Shown: positions 33,373 through 42,903 of the stretch, one piece after another
How the letters are laid out: every line of letters begins with the position of its first letter
Position numbering within the stretch: position 1 is the first letter of the stretch
Assembly: GCA_054600435.1 (NCBI GenBank)
Contig: BAAIJX010000026.1
Coordinates: 124,001-188,000, forward strand
Length of the DNA: 64,000 nucleotides
Direction: 5' to 3'
Source of the DNA: Neophaeotheca triangularis
Lineage: Eukaryota
Notes under the pieces: generated by a model
What the model saw: the letters and a program-made list of their open reading frames with translations, nothing else
What the model was told of the DNA's origin: nothing
Databases searched by the model: none
Program-made: the position numbers and the translations under genes

Positions 33373-34212
33373 TCAACGCGACGGCAGGATATCGAAGACG
33401 GCGCTCTCAGCCCCACCAGCCACGAGAGTGAAACCCTGGCCAGAACCTCTGAAATCACTAAAATCAACAACCGCGTCTTCAGCGAGCTCATCATCAGCAG
33501 CATCCACGCGCCGAGGCTCCAATGGCCCCGAAGCAACGACCTTCCCGTCACTGGCACGCAACGCCCAACCCCCTTCACCATCTCCCACGCGAGTACCCAC
33601 CAAGCCCGCAATCTTAACTCCCCCCTCAAAATACCCGAGTCGATTCACCTTCACAGCCGGAACGGCGCTTTCACTCCTGCCGGCGCGCGTGAGGGACACG
33701 TTCCCAATACAGACGGACACGTCCTCACCCTTGCGGTCACCGTCACCGGCGAGCTGAAACAACAACGTAGCATTGGCGCGACGACTGGCGAGGAAGAAAA
33801 GGGCGGAAAACGGGGCCGGGGTTTGGGTCAAGCTTGCTGTCAAGTTCAGGCTCAAGTCCACGGGAGGGCCGGGAGCTTGGACGAGCATCGAGTAATCCGG
33901 GGACGTTGCCGAAGCGGTGAAGTTCAGGACGTAGTCGTCTAGACCGCCGTCCGGGATCGAGTGGGTCGTGGTTAGATTGGCCGTCGCCGAGTTTGCCGCT
34001 ACCTGGACGCAGCAGGGGCCGCCGTTGTGGACGGTGGTTGTGAGGGGCGGCCACCATGGGCAGGCGCGTGTGCCGTTGGTGAGGAGTTGGGGGCCGTCTG
34101 CGGTGGGGTTTTCCGGTCTGCCGTCTCGCGGTCCGAGGTAGGGGGATTTTCGGTAGGGTGCGGCGAAGATGAAGCCGACGAGGGGGATCAGGAGGAGGAT
34201 TTGCAAGCGCAT
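33373..34212 (-). CDS. Secreted CBM4-like + Ig-like (CelD_N) protein: N-terminal part of a bacterial-style GH9 cellulase lacking the catalytic domain; possibly a pseudogene
   Basis: Signal peptide, then CBM4-like segments (CVQVAANS, YVLNFTASAT, LLFQLAG...VCIGNVSL), then the GH9 Ig domain (VKVNRLGY..GVKIA...DGKVVASG...VVDFSDF.GSGQGFTLVAGG.ES.VFDI). The stop comes immediately after. Confidence 0.7.
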   Translation of the reverse strand: MRLQILLLIPLVGFIFAAPYRKSPYLGPRDGRPENPTADGPQLLTNGTRACPWWPPLTTTVHNGGPCCVQVAANSATANLTTTHSIPDGGLDDYVLNFTASATSPDYSMLVQAPGPPVDLSLNLTASLTQTPAPFSALFFLASRRANATLLFQLAGDGDRKGEDVSVCIGNVSLTRAGRSESAVPAVKVNRLGYFEGGVKIAGLVGTRVGDGEGGWALRASDGKVVASGPLEPRRVDAADDELAEDAVVDFSDFRGSGQGFTLVAGGAESAVFDILPSR

Positions 34213-34823
34213 TGTGAACTTGGCTGGGCTGATGAGGTGGATGTCTGAGCGGTCGTTGACGGCGTCGGTGCCCGCTGTGTGAGGGGAGATTATGTTACTT
34301 TCAAATCTTCATGGAGATTGGAGGTTTCGCTTCCGGTGCTTGTGAATATTTTTTGGCAGCGAGGGACCGTCCGGATGCTATTCGAGACGGGAAAGGAAAA
34401 GGAGGGTAGGAGGGATTGCACCTACCTCCGGATCGATCAGTTAGGGGTGGGTTTGAGTGTGACATGTTTGCCTAATAGTAACCATGGATAAGTTGTGTCC
34501 AGTCATCTGTCTGGTACTGTGTGACGCGGCACGCATCTCTCTACGAACGTCGGGAATGATTGCGCAGACGTGCTCAACACATGTCGAAATGATGATGTGG
34601 GTCAGAACAATAATAATTGATGGAGGCGAGATTATAATAAGAAGGATGTGGGATGTCGCTTTCGAACCACCAAGCGGGGACAATAATTGGTGGTTGGCGT
34701 CCTCATTTCTTGGCAATAGTTCTGTACCGTATGAGAGTATATATGTACAAAGAAATTCCTCTTCGAACTCGGTGTTGGTCGACGAACCCTGAACATCCTC
34801 ATGCTGATTTCCAATAGCTAACC

Positions 34824-36072
34824 TCAAGTCTCACGGTCTCTACAGCTCTCCGGAGCCGAAACCGGATTACAAACAGCATCCCTCCCACCGGGCAACTTTA
34901 CAACAAAATCCGAATCATACCTCGCCGCCATCCCATACTCGGGCCAGTCGGTACTCACAATCTGCGCCCCACTAGCAAAAGCATCACGTCTGCGCGTAGT
35001 ATTGCCCTCCAAGACCGTCGCAATCGGTACATCGGACCTTGTCCGGACGATGTAGCCTTTGCGCACTAGCCGCTGAATCTCTGCCATGTTCGCGGCGCCG
35101 TTGGGGTTGTTGTATTTGATTACCGCGCCGTCGTCGGCGCCTTCGAGAGAGTTGGTGAAGAGGACGCGGTTTTGGAGGGAGGGGCGTCCGTTGGCGCGGT
35201 AGAGGACCCTGGGGTTGCTGGGGTCGGAGTCGTCGGGGTCGTTATCCATGTAGAAGAGGAATTTGCCTCTGCTGTCTTCTAGACGAGGCCAGCCGTGGTG
35301 CAAGATTGATTGCTCCAGTGTCTCGTTGTTGTTGCGAACATCGTCTGGTGTGATGAGTTTTCCGGGCGGGAGCACAGAGCGGATTTCGTTGTCGAGGCTG
35401 TCGAGGTTGGAGATGGTCCAGTTTTCCGAGTTGACACCTCCTAGAGGGGCGAAGAACCTATCCGATTTCAATTCCAGGTCTACAGTAATGGGCACGTGAT
35501 TGCTGTTTGCGTCGGACCATTCGCGCAGTTGGGTCAAGCATTCGACAAAAGTGCGGCATACGCTCAGCTGATCTGCGTCTACGACGTGGAATACCTTGAT
35601 ACCAGGCTCCTTCATAGCTGGTGGTACCGTGTATGAGAGGTTCGCAAGCTTCCATAGCAGAGGATTGGCGTAGAGACCGCCCTCTGTATCGGAATGGAGA
35701 TCAAGTTCCAGAGATCGGACGCCTTGGTGGGTCAGCTGGTCCGCGAGGCGAGCGTGCGAGTAGTAGTAGTCTTCCGGCCTGGGGATGTACTGGTCGAAGA
35801 TTGGGCGTTGCTCTAGCTGAGGTTCCCTGTGGTAGCTGTTATGTGTGCCTACCACTTGGATTTGATTGATGCGAAGGTCGGAGCCATGGTGGTTTTGAGG
35901 CTGAGCTAGACCGAACGGTGCCAGGAGCACTAGTCGCAGATTAGCTAAGCGCTCTCTTACAGGAGTATCGTCTCGTCAGTCTTACGGGGACCCGCTAGGT
36001 AAGAAAGCTGTAGAAGTCAGTATCAAGTGTTGTTCCGTTGGCGATGAGCTCGAGACTTACAACCAGCACCAT
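34824..36072 (-). CDS. Secreted phosphoinositide phospholipase C-like phosphodiesterase (bacterial Ca2+-dependent PI-PLC type)
   Basis: Exons 36072-36061 (12 nt), 36007-35986 (22 nt) and 35929-34824 give MVLVLSYLAGPLLLAPFGLA-QPQ. Motifs QVVGTHNSYH, GVRSLELDL, HVPITVDLELK, WPRLEDSRGKF, GYIVRTRSD and GAQIVSTD. Confidence 0.82.
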
Positions 36073-36780
36073 AGTGACTAAGAAAGCAGTAAAGCTCCAG
36101 AAGAGCCCGTCTATTGTGCTTGTCTGGCGGGAACCAGGGAAATAGGCAAAAGCATGAAGCTGTCCTTTTATGCTTTCCATGTCGAGCTCTCAGGCCTAGT
36201 CGCGGAAGAGGCTTGCATTGGGTACAAGAATACGTTCTCGCGACCAGCTCCTCTAGCTACCATCACAACGTCATGGCCGTCACTAGTTAGGTATTAAGCG
36301 ATTTTGCTGTGATATATTGCCCTTCTGAAACGAGCCTCTAGGATGGACAACTGTTACTGCGAAAGAGGCACGTGGTGCTGGCGAGGCTTCTCCTTCGACG
36401 TGGTGTCTGTCTTGGCGAGCAAGGGTGACACGCTGCGCCTTGGAGAAGCAAGCCCGCCATCTAGCTGTTGATGATCCCGTGGTCCGTAAGAGACCGAGTA
36501 ATTCGTTGTCAGTCGACGGCAGAACATGTAAGAAAAGCGTCCGGAAAGAGGAGCGAAAGGGGCCTAAATCATCATCAAGGTAGTTACAATCATACTAAGT
36601 AAGACACCGACTCCCACACACCACGATTCGTTCAAAACGAACAACCACCCCAGACCCAACCGGGTATGTATGCATATCAAAACCCACGACAAACACCCAA
36701 AAGGGAAAGCCCAACAAAAAACACGACAGGAGAGGTGCTTAAAAACACCGCTTTCCTTTATGCAATCACCTCCCGCCCCT

Positions 36781-39700
36781 TTACGTGTCGCGGTAAAACT
36801 TCTTGAAAACAAGATGCAGCAACAAGTTCACCGCCAACCGCGCACCCTTCTCGGCGCCGCCTTCTCCCTGCTCGAAAACGGTAATGCCCTGCCGGTTGTC
36901 GTACTGCGCCTGGAGTAGATCGTCCAGCAACAGGTTCGCGCTGGCGCCTGGCAACATCATGCTCCCACTGCTAGCCTCCAGATGGAAGACGCCGACTTCG
37001 TCCGATGAGATGACAATGTTGACCTGGTTCCAGTGCTCGACGGCGAATTGTGGCCACGAGACCAGCACACCCTTTTCGTGCAACTGGCGAGCGCTGTATT
37101 TGTAGGAGCCGAACTTGGGCGAGCGGCCGGAGCGCTTGAGTTCCTGCTCGTGCGACCATTGCTTGGTGAAGGGCATGATGAATTTGTGTGACTTGTTGTT
37201 CTTCTTGGTCGCGAGTGTGTGCAAGCTGGATTCGATGTACTCGTTAAAGTCGCGCAGTTGGCCTTCGAGGTATTCAGCTTTTGCGTCGAGGGCTGCGAGG
37301 GTGTCGCGGGTGGTTTCGATTTCGCGGAGGCGCTCGAGGCGTCGGCGGTGTTTTTGCCGGATGTCGCCTGCTATCGCGTTGAGAATTTCTTGGTAGTTGT
37401 TGTGCCGGCTCACGCGGAATTGAGGAGGCGTGCTGGCGTTTTCCAGCGCGAGAATATTTTCCAGTGCGCTCGATTTGAGTTCGGCGTAGGATGTCCCTTC
37501 GAGGTCGACCAGGTCCTTGCGGTCTTCGCTGAACGTCGACGGGGCTTCCGAATACACGCTCTGTGCGCGAGCACCGCGTAGCGAAGCACGGGGATCGAAC
37601 GGTTGGTTTCTACGAGGATTGCTATTCCGTTCCTTTTCCATTACCTCTGCCTCGATGAGTGATGTCCAACAGTCATCATCTTCTTGGCTGATTGGTCGGA
37701 GTAGGATTTCCATCAGGTTTGATCCCGACTGAACGCGAATAATGTAGAGTACGAGGCGCTTGGTCGCCGTGAAGAGCGCTCGAACGTCGGCATTCGGGTC
37801 TTCCTGCACGGTGAAGCGTGACTTGAGTGTCAGCGTAATCTCGCCGCTTCCACTACCCGCATGTCCAAGATCAGTCTCGTTGCTCTTCGCTGTGCCCAGG
37901 TCGGTCAAAAGCTCCTTCAGTGGGTCGTCTCTCAATGGCGCGATGGCTTGCAGGTTCTCGGTAAGCAAAGAGTGCAAGGCAAAAATGTCCACCATCTTGA
38001 TGTAGAGGGTAGGCTTCGTTCTGGAGTACAGATCGCTCCACTGGTCTGCGTCAAAGTGCTCTTCTGGACTTTCGATATTGACGAGGTGCTGAAGGATCTC
38101 CCGCCATCTGCCTAGGCTTTCCGTAACCCAGCTGTTCAAAGGCTGTAGGTAGAGGTTGTCAGCGCCGAAAAGTCTCCCGGCAGCGACCTGGCTGAGCACA
38201 GTCACGACTTGACCAAGGTTCCGTCGCTGTGGTGCCGATAGCCCGTGGTCTACTACGGCCCACATTTCAGGTTCGCGAAGAGCAGGGAGGAGGTAAGACT
38301 TCCACAACCATGACCCCACAAGCATGGTAAGATGCACGGAGTCTTCTTGGGGAAATTGTTGACAGAGTGCATGGTACGTCTCAGCCGCGAGATAACGAAG
38401 GCCGTATGGCATGCGGTGCAAGGTTTCCTCGAGAGATAGGAAAAAGCCATCGCACAAGTCGCGCAGGTCCTGCAAGTGTTCCACGTATGCAGGCCGTACA
38501 TCTGGTTCTCTGATAACTGTCTCTCTCGGCAAGTCCCTTGGTCGACTAGATGTTCGCCCCGTGGAAAGTTCTTCGTTGTTGAGGATGGCGCGATAAATTT
38601 GCAGAGGGTCACTTTCTAGATCCAGGTGCTCCTGGGCAACAATGCCTGCCTTAACCATTTTGCCCATGGCGATCTTGAAGTACGCGCGATCCCGGGGACT
38701 CCGAATGTAGCTGAGGAAGAGTCGTTGATGGAAGGAGCTGTTTTGGAGGCGCATGTACTCGTCCAGGCCGTTGGATTGAGAGACAGTCTCTTGTACACTG
38801 GCCGCCAGTACCCTAAGCAGAAGGTATTCTTCGCGGTTTTTTTGTGCGTATCCGAAAAGTGTCATGGTGCGGCGCTCCATGTCTTTGCTTTCCTTCTCCG
38901 GGAGTCCTCTGTTCGAAAGATGGTTGAATAGGCGTCCGAGATAGTCCGGCTGCGTCTGAAGCAGGAAGAATAGCTCCTCATAACCAGTAAGCTTCTTGCG
39001 AGACGATTTGTTTAGGGCTTTGAGGTCGAAGCCGCCACCTTGAAGGGTTGAGCCAGAGCGAAGGAGCTGAGATGCTGAGCCACCAAAGTGCTTCTGGTGC
39101 TTCACAATCTCGTCGACGGTGATCCTTTGCTTAACCAGAAGGCCGATTTTGGTTTCCATGCCGTCCACATATCCTTGGACAAGCTCATTCCGGCGCACGC
39201 TCTCCACCACTTGGCGCCGCAAACGTTCGGCTTCAAGTTCGCCCTCAAATTCAAGGTTGGAGTCTGTGAGCAAGTGCAGGTGACGCCTCACAACCGGAAG
39301 AGGCGGGTTTTTTCCGTTCACCAAGCTCTTGTAGCTCTCACCCTGCTGTTTGCCTCGGACGAAAGACTGCAACTTGATGACCTTTTGCATGTTTTCGCGG
39401 TAGTGACGCTTCTTCTCCGCGAAGTTGCGGCGGATGAGGTACGCCCTACATGCAGATTGTAGGTCGACGACCGCACCTTCGTGTTCCTCAAGCTCAGCCA
39501 GTACTGTGCCAATGTTGCTGCGCAGAAGCATGGCACGGGCGAATGCTTGAAGTTGCGAGACGGAGTCTTCTTCTTTCTCCATGGCGACGAGCTGTTCGAA
39601 GACACGCTGTCGTTCGAGATAAGATCGGGCGAGGGATTGCAGCTTTTCGACCGATGACTCCTGGTCTTCGAGTGCTGCAAGTTGAATTCCTATCCGTTTG

Positions 39701-42318
39701 CGCTCGAGCATGGCCCTCGAGATGCCTTGTAAATCCACAGCTTTGTCACCATGTTTGGCGAGTTCTTTGCGCAGCTGTACCGTCTTTTGACGGCGGTCGA
39801 CACCACGCGCAAGCGCCTGTAGCATGGCTACGCTGTGCTCATGAATGAGTAGCTGTGCCTTCTCTGTCTTCACGCCGTGACGTGCCTTGTTAGCACGCAA
39901 GAGCGCTTGGAGCTTCACTACGGGGGCTACTCGTTCTCGCAGCGCGTCCATGGTGCGAGCTTGTCGAAGCCTAGTGACCAGTCCTCGTGCAGCGGCTTGC
40001 ACGTCGACGACTGCAGGCGATGCTATGTGAAATTGACCATGTTTGGTCTTCTGGTCTCTCCGCTGGATTAATCCTCTTGCAACGGCTTGTAAGCGGACAA
40101 CGTCGACAGCACTCTGCCTTGCCGCAGCTTTCTGAGATCTTGCTTGTCGCCGCACGAAGCCACCTCGAATGCTCGCTTGAAGAAAGCAGACGTTTTCCTC
40201 CACGTCCCAGAGCGCATTCATGATGCCGCTGATTTTCATGCGCTCAAGAACTCCTCTTGCTGCTGCTTGGAACGCCTCCGCTTCAGCGCCAGCCTCTTGC
40301 GTCTCGTGCCAGATATCGCCAGCCCGCCATCTTCCCAGAGCGCCCCTTATCGCAGACTGCAATTCTTTGAGGCCATGGCGATGGCTTTGCATCTGGCGTC
40401 TGATCTGCTGAGTTTCTGCCCTTTGCTGCCGGCCACGCCACAAGCTCTGCATCGTTACGACAGCTTGCTTATTCTCCCTCCAGCCTCGCTGCTTCCTGTG
40501 CAATTGAGTCCGGACGAGGAATGCCTTTGCTCCGGCTTGAAAGAGGCGAGTTGATTGGTCCATGGAATTGCGAAACTTGAAGATCTCGCGAGCAAAGCCT
40601 CCTCTTGCCAGAGCTTGGAAAGCCGCAATATCGTGTTCGACGTCCCAGAGATCTTGCATGACATTGCCCAGCCGTAACCTAGTAAGAGCACCTTTTGCTT
40701 GAGACTGTAGATCCACGATGACTTCATGTTGCTCAGCCAGGATCTCCTCAGGGGTCGGCTCCGGCGGTGGTGGCTCCTCCTCAACTTGAAGAGCTTCTCT
40801 CATGCCGCCAAAGTTTGGCATTTGGACGCCAGACTTCTCGATGCCTTTTTGTGTTGCTTCCAGCTCGTGATCTTCAAAAGTCAGTTGTCCCACCAGGTTG
40901 CCAATGCGGAAATCGACTATGCCCTTTCGAAACAACAACCAGGACAGCGCGTGGATGCAGTAGATGACCTTTGGAATGTTTTTCTTCTCATACAAGTCAA
41001 CGAGCTCGAATCTGAACAATTCCGGAAGCTCAATCGATCCTAGGAAACGGAAGAAGAGCGCGATATTATCCGAATGTCGATACTGAAGGCGCGGCGAGCG
41101 GAATATGCGAAGGCTTCCAAGGCTGCGCTGGTCTTCTACTGGGAGGTTTGGCGCCAATTGTACCACGGTTTCTGCTAGAGTCACCCCGTCTCGCAGTGCT
41201 TCTTCCAGCTCGACAATAGGAGGTAGCTTTGCAGGGTCCAGAACGTCTTCCAACCAGGCCCGCGCTTCACCAATGTGACAGAGGTACTCGTATGCCTGCA
41301 GGTGTTTGCGCTGTGTGTCCATCCACCTCGTCGAAGCATACTGCGAAGAAAATTGCGACTGCTTATTTGCAGACGGTCGGGTACTACCGCTCCGTTGCAG
41401 TCGTCTTCTCCCTGCCAACCCTACGACCTGCTCTTCCCGGGAATGCACGGTCATATCTTCTGCACCGCCATCCACAGCCATCTTGCTAAGGTGTCGGAGA
41501 TGCGGCGTTGATGACTTTTGCAACGTCGCAAGTTCTTCCTCGTCCAGTTGGGGCGATGTGTTGTCCGTGCTGCCGAACCGGGCATGTTCGTTCGTTCGCT
41601 GCTTGGTCCCACCTCTCATGCTGTCGGATCGGCTCAGAGTCGCCAGACTGTTCTTCGCTGCCAGACTAGGGGGGGAAGTCATGGGAGTAAGATCCTCCGA
41701 GCGCATAGCATCTTGGGAATATCCTCTGTGATGCGCTGGTTTCATGGGAGGCGACGCCGAGCGATCCGAGGGTGGTGGGATATCGAAGCTGCCAAGGTCG
41801 GCCGTTTGAGATCGAGCATGCTTGGTAGGCCGTACAGTGGGCAGAGAGTTTTGTTCAACTGGTCGGAGGGCGTTTCGACTCTCGGTTCGCCCAATGCCAC
41901 TCCTCCATTCATCGTCCCGAACTTTCTTTGGCGTGACATTCATTTTTGGCGCTACCTGCTCCTGCTCAGCCTGCTCGCGCTGCTCCCACTTGGCAAAAGC
42001 CGCGTTTTTCTTGACCGGGCTTTCGCTACGCTCGCGCTTAGCGGATGTGTTCAGCGCGCTGCCTTCCTTGCTCGAAGGCCTATTCAGGAAGGGATCGCTG
42101 GTCGAATCATAGCCGCTGAGGCCGCTTCCACTGTATCCAGACGAGGCATTCGAGCTGAAGTTTCCTTGTCGACTTGGTATTGACGAGTTTTCGGCGTTGC
42201 TGTGATGGGACACGGTAGAGAGGGTGTGCCGCAACGGGGAAGACTTGGTTGGGCTGTGGTCCCGCAAGCGATTGTGAGGCGGTGAAGTAGGCGACGTGTA
42301 GTTGCCGTAGGAAGGCAT
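36781..42318 (-). CDS. IQG1: IQGAP (Iqg1/Rng2/SepG-type Ras GTPase-activating-like cytokinesis protein)
   Basis: CH domain (LQAYEYLCHIGEARAW...DLYEKKNIPKVIYCIHALS), many IQ repeats (LQAxARGxLxR), RasGAP-like domain and RasGAP_C (PKFGSYKYSA). Start taken at ATG 42318; the frame is open back to ATG 42699. Confidence 0.92.
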   Translation of the reverse strand: MPSYGNYTSPTSPPHNRLRDHSPTKSSPLRHTLSTVSHHSNAENSSIPSRQGNFSSNASSGYSGSGLSGYDSTSDPFLNRPSSKEGSALNTSAKRERSESPVKKNAAFAKWEQREQAEQEQVAPKMNVTPKKVRDDEWRSGIGRTESRNALRPVEQNSLPTVRPTKHARSQTADLGSFDIPPPSDRSASPPMKPAHHRGYSQDAMRSEDLTPMTSPPSLAAKNSLATLSRSDSMRGGTKQRTNEHARFGSTDNTSPQLDEEELATLQKSSTPHLRHLSKMAVDGGAEDMTVHSREEQVVGLAGRRRLQRSGSTRPSANKQSQFSSQYASTRWMDTQRKHLQAYEYLCHIGEARAWLEDVLDPAKLPPIVELEEALRDGVTLAETVVQLAPNLPVEDQRSLGSLRIFRSPRLQYRHSDNIALFFRFLGSIELPELFRFELVDLYEKKNIPKVIYCIHALSWLLFRKGIVDFRIGNLVGQLTFEDHELEATQKGIEKSGVQMPNFGGMREALQVEEEPPPPEPTPEEILAEQHEVIVDLQSQAKGALTRLRLGNVMQDLWDVEHDIAAFQALARGGFAREIFKFRNSMDQSTRLFQAGAKAFLVRTQLHRKQRGWRENKQAVVTMQSLWRGRQQRAETQQIRRQMQSHRHGLKELQSAIRGALGRWRAGDIWHETQEAGAEAEAFQAAARGVLERMKISGIMNALWDVEENVCFLQASIRGGFVRRQARSQKAAARQSAVDVVRLQAVARGLIQRRDQKTKHGQFHIASPAVVDVQAAARGLVTRLRQARTMDALRERVAPVVKLQALLRANKARHGVKTEKAQLLIHEHSVAMLQALARGVDRRQKTVQLRKELAKHGDKAVDLQGISRAMLERKRIGIQLAALEDQESSVEKLQSLARSYLERQRVFEQLVAMEKEEDSVSQLQAFARAMLLRSNIGTVLAELEEHEGAVVDLQSACRAYLIRRNFAEKKRHYRENMQKVIKLQSFVRGKQQGESYKSLVNGKNPPLPVVRRHLHLLTDSNLEFEGELEAERLRRQVVESVRRNELVQGYVDGMETKIGLLVKQRITVDEIVKHQKHFGGSASQLLRSGSTLQGGGFDLKALNKSSRKKLTGYEELFFLLQTQPDYLGRLFNHLSNRGLPEKESKDMERRTMTLFGYAQKNREEYLLLRVLAASVQETVSQSNGLDEYMRLQNSSFHQRLFLSYIRSPRDRAYFKIAMGKMVKAGIVAQEHLDLESDPLQIYRAILNNEELSTGRTSSRPRDLPRETVIREPDVRPAYVEHLQDLRDLCDGFFLSLEETLHRMPYGLRYLAAETYHALCQQFPQEDSVHLTMLVGSWLWKSYLLPALREPEMWAVVDHGLSAPQRRNLGQVVTVLSQVAAGRLFGADNLYLQPLNSWVTESLGRWREILQHLVNIESPEEHFDADQWSDLYSRTKPTLYIKMVDIFALHSLLTENLQAIAPLRDDPLKELLTDLGTAKSNETDLGHAGSGSGEITLTLKSRFTVQEDPNADVRALFTATKRLVLYIIRVQSGSNLMEILLRPISQEDDDCWTSLIEAEVMEKERNSNPRRNQPFDPRASLRGARAQSVYSEAPSTFSEDRKDLVDLEGTSYAELKSSALENILALENASTPPQFRVSRHNNYQEILNAIAGDIRQKHRRRLERLREIETTRDTLAALDAKAEYLEGQLRDFNEYIESSLHTLATKKNNKSHKFIMPFTKQWSHEQELKRSGRSPKFGSYKYSARQLHEKGVLVSWPQFAVEHWNQVNIVISSDEVGVFHLEASSGSMMLPGASANLLLDDLLQAQYDNRQGITVFEQGEGGAEKGARLAVNLLLHLVFKKFYRDT

Positions 42319-42823
42319 GCTGGCGGTGCCTTCTCGGTGCCGTTCTTGTTGGAAGGGAAAGTACCTTTTGTATCGCCCTGGGAGTGACAGACGAGGGAAA
42401 AGCGGGCTGGTCGTGAGGTTGTTGTCCGTCCCCTCTCCTACCAACAAAACATCATCTTCCAGTACTTGTTTCTTTCCGCCAAGCTGAGTATGAGCTTGTA
42501 GTATTGAGCGAATGTATAATCGTCGAGTGTCCAAAAAGGGTAGCGGTGACGAGGTGTGAATGTAGAGGAATGTTGCGGTCGCCGGACAGTGTCCTGGTTG
42601 CACGGGGCGCGGCTTCAATGTTGTTTCTCGACACGGTCGGCATAAACAGTCGCAACCGCCGACGCTTGGAAAGCTTAACCGCCGTACGGGTCGTGTCATT
42701 GCGCTTGATGCGCGCCAAGATTTTCACAGAAGGTGAGCCGAGCTCGGAATTCTCGACTTTTTGCTACCACAGCAAAGTTTCTGCGCGACTGCCCTTCCTT
42801 CTTCTTCTTCTTCTTCCCTTGGG

Positions 42824-42882
42824 GTAAGTGTCATCTCTTGACTGCGTGCTTGGAGCTTCACTAACGTTGTATTCTTCTTTAG
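42824..42882 (+). other. 5'-UTR intron of the IMPDH gene
   Basis: GTAAGT donor, CACTAAC branch point and TTTAG acceptor 21 nt before ATG 42904; preceded by a (CTT)n pyrimidine tract. Confidence 0.7.
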
Positions 42883-42903
42883 ACCTGATTCTACACCCAA
42901 AGC

